Assembly: GCF_000181795.1 (NCBI RefSeq)
Contig: NW_003526941.1
Location: 10,655,782-10,719,781, forward strand
Direction: 5' to 3'
DNA: 64,000 nucleotides
Source: Trichinella spiralis
Lineage: Eukaryota
Positions 12,426 to 21,937 of the stretch are shown here, piece by piece. The translations under genes were made by a program, and so were the position numbers. A model generated the notes under the pieces. The model did no database searches and had not been told where the DNA came from. It saw nothing but the letters and a program-made list of their open reading frames with translations. Position 1 is the first letter of the stretch, and every line of letters begins with the position of its first letter.

Positions 12426-15400
12426 ATGAACTGTATTGTGAAAACCATACAATGTGCATTATTTAAGGTGAATTTAGCGTTTTAATTTGAGTAATGTGAA
12501 TTTCAAAAACTTGATTTAAGCAGAGAGCCCAAAAATTTCAACTGCGTTATTTTTGTGGCGAAGCAGAAATTATTCCTTCTGAAAAAATTAGAAATATTGG
12601 AATATCTGCTCACATCGATTCGGGCAAGACCACAGTCACAGAGCGCATATTATATTACGCCGGACGAATTAAAGAAATGCATGAAGTATGATTTGTATAA
12701 TCACAATTTAATGTTCTAATTTTTATATTTAATTTAAAAAATAATGATATGAATAATATTTTTTGTTTCGAAATATTTGTTATTGTCGGGTATCTGATGT
12801 TAATGTATTTTAAAATACCTGTGTAATTAATGTAATTGTAAAAGTGAATGTACACCATTCTCGTTTTCATTGTGCATTCTTGAGTTGTTCTTTTTGATAT
12901 ATTTGTTTTATAAAGTCTCGCGGTGTTTTCAGAATTTCATATCAAGAACAATGCTTAAAACTATCTGTTCTATTACTATTTTCAAAACTTTTACTTTCAT
13001 TCACGGCGTAGGTTACCATTTTATGTAGAAAGTAAATTGTATAAGGTTTAAAAATTTATATTTTTTTGGATAAATTCAGTTGTTTTACTTCATATCATAA
13101 AAATTTTAACATTATACTGACTATAACTTTAAAAACTATTTTATTGTATCATTGAAATATACAATTTTTAAATATCTGAAGCAATAATGAAATGACAGCT
13201 TTGCATATAGAAGCTGCTGATGAAATACAAAAGATTGTTAATATGCTGCAAAGCTTAAAACAGCAGAAAATGTATAGATTTTTTTATTTTGATTCTTCAT
13301 ATTAATCATTTTTGCGAGCGAAACAGAGTTAAATTTATTGTATTTTCAAATAAATTTCAAGTTGAATTGTTTATTTTTTTAATTTAGTTTTATCTATATT
13401 TGGAAAATACTACATTGTCATTTGAAATTTCTTGTGCTTATTTTTTTCGTAAATACAATAAGCAGAAAAAGTAGTTTATTATGTTGAGTTTATATTTTGT
13501 AATGATAGTTTTCTTTAGTCTTTAAGTTTTCTCGTTTCTATCAGTTAAAATATTTCATTTTTGAAATTTTGTACAGATGTGATTTAAATGTTTATTTAGT
13601 GGATGTTTTTATTTTATAAAATTATTTATAAAGTAAATATATGTTATAGTTGAAGAATGGAAATGAATTATTATTTTTCGTTAACAGGTGAAAGGCAAGG
13701 ATCAAGTGGGTGCAACGATGGACTTTATGGAATTGGAGCGTCAACGTGGCATAACTATTCAATCGGCAGCGACTTATGTTCACTGGAAGAACGTGATGGT
13801 GAATATAATTGACACGCCTGGTCATGTGGATTTCACTGTTGAAGTAGAACGCGCTTTGCGAGTATTGGATGGCGCCGTTTTGATACTGTGCGGCGTGGCC
13901 GGTGTGCAAAGTCAAACTTTTACAGTATACCGTCAGATAAATCGTTATAACGTTCCATTTATTGCTTTTGTCAACAAGCTTGATCGGCAGAATGCAAACG
14001 CACACAGGGTTCTTAATTCCATGCGGTAAGTAACCGTTCTTTTTCGGATGGAAAGAAGAATAATTTTTTTAATGCAAATTGAATTCAGAATATCGTCAGA
14101 TTAATTTTCTTTTTATTTGCATTTCTGATAAATGAGATATATGAATTATGATCACCGGAAATTGTACATGTTTTAAGCAATGTTCAGCGTGAATAATAAT
14201 GATAAGAGTAAAATTCAGAAGGTTGGGAATATCGGCAAGAAGGTGGTGGTGAGATAATTTTAACATTGGAAATTGGATAGATTTCGTTATGATTTGGTTG
14301 GAAAGATGCGCTGGAATGGTAAAAATAATGATCGTTATTAACAGTATGCATGGAATTGTAATCAGGTTTGTAATTCGTGCAACAATACTGACTGTTGTCA
14401 TAATTTGGATACTCATACGGTGGCATTGAAGTTTCGTATGTGAATGTAGAATCCACTTGGATCGGCTTGTCATCCGCGGTCGTTGTATCGTTATTATTTG
14501 CTTGGGCTTTCCATCTGCGTAGTTCGTCGTTGATCTTTTCCATCACAGTTAGCAACGAATTTGAACAGTGTGATTGTTGTGGTTGGTCAGGGTGATTTTG
14601 ATCATCCGCCAACCTGAATCGCCTACTTCGTCTCAGCAACGTACCTTGGTCGAACATGCTGTCACATTTTGGATGCAAAGTCCAATAGTTACCTTTACGT
14701 TTGGGTGCATCTGGTCGTGGTGCCACTTTGACGAAGCAGTCGTTTAACGAAAGGTTATGCCGGATACTGTTGCGCCAGTTCGGTGCTCGACGTTTTCTGT
14801 AATAGGGGAACGTTTGCTCGACAAATTGGTAAATTTCGTCAAGCTTCATTCGTCTGCTTGGGCTGCTTAACAAAGCTAAAACAATCAGAGCGACGTAGCT
14901 GAGCCAAGGCTTCTCGTCAGCATCGTGAATGGCACATCTCATGGATTGTTGAAATCGTTCCAAACTGTGGGTGTGGCGTGGAATTCTGATTTTCTGAGGC
15001 ATGCTCGAATTTTGGTCGTTCATGGCAGTGGAAAGAAAGGCTTTTGAATGAAGCTGAATGGTGAAGCTGAAATTCGTGCTCGCAGACCGTGTGGCGCCAA
15101 GGCGTCTGCAGTGACCGACGTCAACAGCTGCAGCCGACGGCGACGGCTTGTCTGCGGCGCAGCGAGCTTCACTTTCCCAATAATCGACAACTGTGCTTCG
15201 TCAAATGGCGCCTTTTCGGTGATTTATTCGCCAAAGCTACTTCGCATGCTCATGTGGCATATGGCATATTTCTTCAGCTGGCTTTTGCACTTGGCTTAAG
15301 AGAAATAAAAAAAATTAGTGTTGGTGAAACAGGTTCGCCATATCCGGATCAGACTTTTGTTTTCAGCTTTGCTTCTCGTATTACATACACACATCGTACA

Positions 15401-18400
15401 TGCGACTTTTTACTACAGTTAACGTCAAGATATATGCCCAACAGTTTTGCCATGAATTTAGTTAGCTTAAATTTCAGAAAACCACAAATCTTTTTATTTA
15501 AATATAAATTTAATATTGTTTACGTTTTCCACATTTATACTGTAGAGATTGCTTGTAATAGAATGGGAGAAAAAGTTTTTGAGGAAAAAATTACTTCAAA
15601 GTTACGAGTTGCATCTAATGTATAGGAGCAACTTTTGAAAAAATTTCAACTAGTACATATGACGAGATGTAGCTCTGGAGAAATTCTGCATATTTCTGAT
15701 GAAATAATGAAACAACGGCACCACGAAGCATATAAACATGATTAATTGGAATGTTTCTTTTTGGGTCATTTAGCGCTTGTTGATAATCATTTAACTTAAA
15801 ATAGCGAAACGATTAACAAAGTGAAGTGTCAATAAATATTTTAATTTTAATTATTCGATGAGACATCTGAAGTTTTTTTCTATCTTTATTTTAATGCTTT
15901 TGAAGATATAACTGAAAATAAACTATTTGCATCCTTCAAAATTTTCTTTATCTTCTTTCTATCTATCAACATTAATATTTCTTATTTTTGTTGATATTAT
16001 AGTTTTTTTTCAGGCAAAGACTTGGCTTGAATACTGCATTTTTGCATTTGCCTATTGGTACAGAGAACAATTTTTCGGGATTAGTGGACATAATAAATCA
16101 GCATGCTTTGTTTTTTGACGGTCCTCAAGGGTGACGTGATTTATATATTTTGAAAAACGACAAAAAATATATTATTGAATAATCGTATGGATATTTTAGG
16201 GAAATAATTCGCAAAGATGAAATACCAAAAGAGATGAGAGCTGAATCACAGGACCGTTTATTTGAATTGATAGGTATAATTTTTTTCATTTTATTTTTAA
16301 ACAGTCAGTATTTTTAGAGCATGTGAGCAATGTGGACGATACTTTGGGCGATTTGTTTTTGTTGGAGAAGAAGCCAACTGCTGATCAACTACGAGTTGGC
16401 AATTTGAAGTAACTTTCAATTTTCTGTTTATGCATTATTCATTATACAGGCAGCCATACGTCGAGCAGTATTGGGTAGAAAATTTATTCCAGTCTGTTTG
16501 GGCTCAGCTTTAAAAAATAAAGGTGTACAGCCGTTGCTTGACGCTATCATCGATTATCTGCCTAATCCAAGCGAGGTGGAAAATTTAGCCAACGTTGAAA
16601 TCGAGTAAGCATGTTTGTTTGTTTGTTGTATCAATTTGGGAAGAAATTTACAAATAACTTTTGCAGTAGGAAAATTATAATTATTTTATTAATTAATAAT
16701 TTAATAATGATAAATTGAAAGTGAAAATTTTAAAATTCAATCGACTTATTCTTGGCATGATCCAGAGTAAATTTGATGAAAGCCTTGATGAACTGTGGAT
16801 ACTGTTGCTTGTATAATCCTCGAAGGATACGTTTCGGAAACCAGCCTCCAGGATTGACTTGATTGGTGTAAACAGCTTCACAGCGTACATCTTCGCGGGT
16901 GATTTGGCTTTGTGTTTTCAATTTGTCATCACTGACTTGGATCGTATGGCAAAGCATGCAGCCGGAAAATTGGCTTCGGACGAGATTGCCAGCATTTGCT
17001 GGCGGTGCTTTTGAATGTGTTGAACTGTTGAAAGTGACCAGCACTGTACTGGAGGTTTTTGGATCTTTGTTGGGCAGTCGACGCAAATGAACCCAGAACA
17101 GTGAATCACGTTGTTTGGCGGGCCAGAATCGTTTCTGCAACTGGTACAGCATGAACGTGTCGTCGGCCGGATGTTCAAGAACATCCAACGAATCCAGATG
17201 TCTATCCCAGATACGTTTGCACTGTGGGTTGAAGAAGCACTGCGCACATTCCATGGCTGTCACACCCGGAATGGAGAACTTGGCAATCACCGGATCAGTG
17301 ACCACATCTTTGCATTCCATTTCACGGCTGTAAAATCTGACGTCTTTCTGTTCATAGAACAATTTCCACTGATTATCCTCACTTTGACATTGTTCTGCTT
17401 GTTCAACCACGTTGTTGTAAATTTCTTGCGTAACGGTGTTCACTTCACCGTACAGCGGATCATCTTGGGTTAGGAATTTTTTTACGTTGTGGCCGCTGTC
17501 TTCGTCATCGTTATTTCCAAGCTTCGACGTTTGGTCGTTCATCTTGGAACACATTTTGCCCTCTGGTGGTCATGATTCGATCCACTCAATGAATTTCTTT
17601 TCTATAATCTGCTTTAAACTGTTTACATTAAAACGTTTTACTTTAAAATTAGTTAAACGAAAATGAAATTGTTTAAAGTTTCTTAATACAATTAATACGG
17701 ATGAGAAAAATGGTTATTCTTCACATATGAGAAAAATTTTCAATTTTTTAGTGGGCATGTTGTTCAAGAGCGTTTGGATCCAAGTAGAACTGATCAGAAA
17801 CCTTTTGTCGGTTTAGCGTTCAAGTTGGAGGTATTCAGAGTTCAATTAATTTTCATTTCTATATTAAATTTTGTATCGAATGTTTCTTAAGGCTGGAAAA
17901 TTTGGTCAATTGACTTATTTTCGAATTTATCAAGGTCGGATGGGCCGTGGTTCGGCAATTGTGAACAGCAGAACTTGGAAACGTACACGCGTGCAGAGGT
18001 TGGTTCGCATGCATGCAAATCGAATGGAAGTATGGAAATTATTTTTGATAATATTTTTGTCAAAAAATTGTTTGCAGGATATTGAAGAAGCTTATGCCGG
18101 TGATATTTGTGCAACCTTTGGTTTGGAATGCGCTTCTGGCGATACGTTTTTAAGCGATGCAAGTAGAAAATTAGCTTTGGTAATTTTTATTTTTTGGTTC
18201 TTTTCATATTTTTGACTACTTTGACGTGATTCAAATTATTATTCACAGGAAAATATTTATGTTCCAAAACCTGTGGTGTCGATGGCGATTAAACCAAAAG
18301 CGAAAAAGGATGCGGATAATTTTTTGAAAGCGTTGAATCGATTTTGCAAAGAAGATCCAACGTTTCATCGTGAATACAACGTCGAAGCGAAAGAGGTGAT

Positions 18401-19617
18401 CGTGTCTGGTATGGGCGAGCTCCAGCTCGAAGTTTATGCGCAGCGAATGAAAGCCGAATACAACTGCGAAGTGGAGCTCGGTAAGCCGAAGGTCGCCTTC
18501 CGTGAAACCCTTACAGAAAAATGCGCCTTTGATTACTGGCATCGAAAGCAGACTGGCGGTCATGGGCAATACGGTCGTGTGATTGGCGTCTGTGAGGTGA
18601 TGATTCGCATGCTCGAATTTTGCATTTACCTTCCATTAGGGCATAATTTCGTGTGCTCACATTTTTTGATTGACTAGTTCATTGTATTATTTTATTGGTT
18701 CAATATTGTTTCCTCCGTGGTAGGGTTGCTGGTCGGTAATTTTATTGCTTAATCTCGTCAATTGTGGTACTTTTAATTCAAATTGTTCAATCGAACATCT
18801 TCTTATACAAACCTAGTAGTCATTTTAAAACTCTATCCGAGTTTTAAAATTTTTGAAATAATTAATTCTCTTATAGCCGTTGCCCCCAAACCAGAATTTA
18901 GATTTAATTTTTACTGACGAATGCATTGGCACAAATGTACCGAAACAATTTATGCCGGCAATTGACAAGGTGCGATCTTTTTTTTTTCTTTTTAATACTG
19001 TCATTATTCGAATGACTCTGACTCTTCTGTTCATTTTTTTAAGGGTTTTCGTGAAGCTTGCCAGAAGGGACCACTGATCGGGGCTCCGGTTACTGGAATT
19101 CGTTTTCGACTAAAGGATGGCGCACATCACATTGTCGACTCATCTGAAATTGCTTTCATTCTGACTGCCAAATATGCAATGAATGATGGTATATATTTAT
19201 ATTGATTCATATGATTTTTTCAGTTTATTAATAATTTAACTGTATATTAGTAACAGTTCTTATTGGATATCAATTCTAGTTTTCAGCGATGGCCGTTGGC
19301 ATATTATCGAACCGGTGATGAAAGTAGAAGCTACGTGTCCTACGGAATTTCAAGGCAGCGTTATGGCTGCGTTAAGCAAGCGGCAAGCGGTGATCATTAG
19401 CACAGATTTAATAGAAAATTTCTTTTCCGTCGTCTGTGAAGCTCCACTGAATTGCATGTTTGGCTTCGTTACTGAGCTGCGTTCTTTGACCGAAGGCAAA
19501 GGAGAATATTCAATGGAATACAGCCGTTATGCACCTTTGAAACCTGAAATAGCTGAACAACTTATAAGCGAATCTTCTCGCGCACAGTCTGAAGTCTCCA
19601 ACAGGACGAGCAAGTGA
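12426..19617 (+). CDS. GFM1: Mitochondrial elongation factor G1, about 14 exons
   Basis: [16 protein letters not shown] (exon ~12521-12685), [69 protein letters not shown]. Large introns at 12686-13687, 14026-16013 and ~16605-17751. Confidence 0.95.
14184..15023 (-). CDS. Forkhead-box transcription factor, intronless, nested antisense in a GFM1 intron
   Basis: Forkhead domain [10 protein letters not shown]...[15 protein letters not shown]...[18 protein letters not shown]...KGNYWTLHP...[20 protein letters not shown] lies on the minus strand at 14112-14117. Subclass uncertain. Confidence 0.9.
   Translation of the reverse strand: MNDQNSSMPQKIRIPRHTHSLERFQQSMRCAIHDADEKPWLSYVALIVLALLSSPSRRMKLDEIYQFVEQTFPYYRKRRAPNWRNSIRHNLSLNDCFVKVAPRPDAPKRKGNYWTLHPKCDSMFDQGTLLRRSRRFRLADDQNHPDQPQQSHCSNSLLTVMEKINDELRRWKAQANNNDTTTADDKPIQVDSTFTYETSMPPYEYPNYDNSQYCCTNYKPDYNSMHTVNNDHYFYHSSASFQPNHNEIYPISNVKIISPPPSCRYSQPSEFYSYHYYSR
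16730..17554 (-). CDS. START-domain-only protein of the CERT/STARD11 type, intronless, nested antisense in a GFM1 intron
   Basis: W.L...Y.RE, DPV.A...IPGVT..E, YQ..KR.WPA.QRD, VNPGGW.P..LR.....YP.F match the CERT START domain. No PH or FFAT region. AATAAA on the minus strand at 16685-16690. Confidence 0.88.
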   Translation of the reverse strand: MCSKMNDQTSKLGNNDDEDSGHNVKKFLTQDDPLYGEVNTVTQEIYNNVVEQAEQCQSEDNQWKLFYEQKDVRFYSREMECKDVVTDPVIAKFSIPGVTAMECAQCFFNPQCKRIWDRHLDSLDVLEHPADDTFMLYQLQKRFWPAKQRDSLFWVHLRRLPNKDPKTSSTVLVTFNSSTHSKAPPANAGNLVRSQFSGCMLCHTIQVSDDKLKTQSQITREDVRCEAVYTNQVNPGGWFPKRILRGLYKQQYPQFIKAFIKFTLDHAKNKSIEF

Positions 19618-20407
19618 TTCATTTATTTGGTTCAACAGGAGGAAAAAAGTTTGCATCGTTCCAAAATAATTTGTTTTTTGAAAAACAAAATTAGAATGCA
19701 AAAAACATATTAATAAAAGCCTCAATATAAGAATAAGGCTGTTTTTTGCCTTTTATTTATGTTTATGTTGCTTTTATTGCAAAATGAATATACCTGTATA
19801 ACATGCTGTTGAATACTGCAGATTAATTATTATTACTTATTACAGAAGGTTAAAAGGAACGTGTTATTTTGAGTGTTTTGCTAGGTGTCCATCATTTCAG
19901 CTGCTAATCAATACGCCGTTGTATTTATTTGCACATATTTGCAGGTATTTTTCAAATTTTGCTTGATTTTCAATTATACATAATGCTAGTTTAAAAATTA
20001 TTCATTTTTTAACTGCATTGCACTATTTAATTTCAAGAAAAATTTTTTTAATTTCAATCCACTTTGCTTTTTATTCTATTACGATTATTGCAAATAAAAT
20101 ATCCGTTGTGATTTTTTGTTGAAGTCGTATAGATCCTTTTTATGGTAAAAATGAGTAATTTATCAATTTAATTGAATATTTTTTATTTTTTTCCAAGTAA
20201 AATGTTTTGATCAAATTAAGTGATTAGTAGGTAAATTTTCTGTAATAAAAATTTTAATTCACATTTCTACTTACTTTTCTTTTGCTGTATACTGTAGACA
20301 GCGTGTAAGTGCTTTATCGTTTGTTGTTAAGCCGAAATTTCTTATTAGGTTGATTTTTATGCAATTTATTTTTTCATATTTATCAGTTGGTTATTTTTAT
20401 ACTCTGT

Positions 20408-20565
20408 ATTCTGCGTAAAACCCCGACAAAGTCTTTGGGTTTGCTTTTTCTACCCTGTTTGTTTTTGTTCAGATAATAATTTCAGATTTCGCATATTGTT
20501 AAGCAGTTTACAATATTTATAAACTTGTGAAGGCTGGTCATGCAGACTTAAATCTTAAAACATTG
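20408..20565 (+). ncRNA. Candidate box H/ACA snoRNA upstream of the RPS2 coding exon (probable 5'UTR intron)
   Basis: Hairpin 1 (TCTG...CAGA, inner GGGT/ACCC), H box AGATAA at 20471-20476, hairpin 2 closed by AGATTT/AAATCT with inner GCAT/ATGC and CAGTTTACAA/TTGTGAAGGCTG, then ACA at 20560-20562. Confidence 0.55.
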
Positions 20566-20681
20566 TAAATCTTATTTGACTAGATATATTTGAAGTTTTT
20601 TATATATTGTATATATTATTTTGGGTTTTTTTCTCAGTTTGTTATATTCATTTTTAAAATTTTCTTTCAGGCTATATTCAT

Positions 20682-21937
20682 ATGACTGATCGAGGTGGTT
20701 TTCACGGAGGCTTCGGCACTAGTGCTTTTGGAGAAGCTACTGCCGGATTTGGAGACGCTGGGGCTGGCTTCGGTGATCCCGGCGTTGGGTTTGGTGAAGC
20801 CGGCTTTGGCAGCGCTGGTGGATTTGGAGACAGTGCTGGCGGTGGTTTCAGTGGAAGTGGTTTCAGAGGAGGGAGCTTTGCCTATAGCCGTGGAGGATCG
20901 TCTGCGGGTTTTGGTCGCCCATCCTTTTACGGCAGTGGTCGTGGCGGTCGCGGTGGTCGTGGTCGTGGTTCTCGTGGGCGAGGTCGTGGGGGTCGAGGTG
21001 GAGCCCGAGGCAAAGAAGGTGCGAAAGAATGGATTCCAGTAACTAAGCTTGGTCGCCTTGTCAAAGATGGGAAAATCAAATCGTTGGAAGAAATTTATCT
21101 TCACTCTTTGCCAATAAAAGTAATACACTGGAAATGATAATTATTACAGCATACTAATTTGAAATTTTACCTTGTTTTAGGAATTTGAAATTATTGACTT
21201 TTTACTCGGCGAACAGTTGAAAGATGACGTGTTAAAGATCATGCCAGTGCAGAAGCAGACCAGAGCCGGACAGAGAACCCGATTCAAAGCATTCGTTGCC
21301 ATTGGTGATTACAATGGTCATGTTGGTCTTGGTGTTAAATGTTCCAAGGAAGTGGCTACAGCAATTCGAGGCGCCATCATTGCTGCTAAATTGTCTGTGA
21401 TACCTGTGCGACGTGGCTATTGGGGCAATAAGATTGGCAAACCGCATACAGTTCCTTGCAAAGTGAGTAAAATGTTGCGCAGCGTATTTGTTATGTTTTT
21501 GTACTCCTTTTTTGTATATTTGTAATTATGAAAAAATGTATAGGTGACTGGAAAATGCGGGTCTGTTTTGGTCCGCTTAATACCTGCACCAAAGGGAACT
21601 GGAATTGTGTCTGCGCCAGTTCCTAAAAAGTTGTTGCAAATGGCTGGCATTGATGATTGTTACACTTGTGCAAAAGGTTCTACCGGCACACTTGGCAATT
21701 TCGGTTCGTTTTGCATTATCCCTTTGATTTAGTTTCCTATTTTATTGCTTGTATGTTGTTTTGTTTTACCTTTTTATTCCAATTTCAGCCAAAGCAACGT
21801 ACGCAGCAATTGCGGCTACGTATTCTTATTTGACGCCAGATCTTTGGAAAGGGACAGCATTGAGTCGATCACCATACCAAGCCTTTGCAGAATTTTTGAA
21901 AAGCAACCCACTAAGCGTTGCTCAAGAAAAGGACTGA
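20682..21937 (+). CDS. RPS2: 40S ribosomal protein S2 (uS5), 4 coding exons
   Basis: [85 protein letters not shown]. Exons 20682-21120, 21181-21462, 21544-21703, 21789-21937. Confidence 0.97.

Noticed and set aside
13192..13305. 37-codon [22 protein letters not shown]... in a GFM1 intron
   Set aside because: Too short and unsupported to call a third nested gene.
15048..15625. Plus-strand ORFs in the GFM1 intron upstream of the Fox gene
   Set aside because: No recognisable protein features; more likely the GC-rich 5' regulatory region of the Fox gene.
16823..16830. GTATCCTT (U12-type donor) on the minus strand
   Set aside because: It lies inside the continuous START coding frame. I found no U12-type intron among the genes I reconstructed.
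18597..18876. GFM1 intron with a GTGATGA C-box-like start and an 11-bp hairpin (18823-18849)
   Set aside because: The C-like box coincides with the splice donor and there is no convincing D box or H/ACA layout.
20667..21128. 153-aa Thr/Ser-rich minus-strand ORF
   Set aside because: Antisense to the Gly-rich RPS2 exon.
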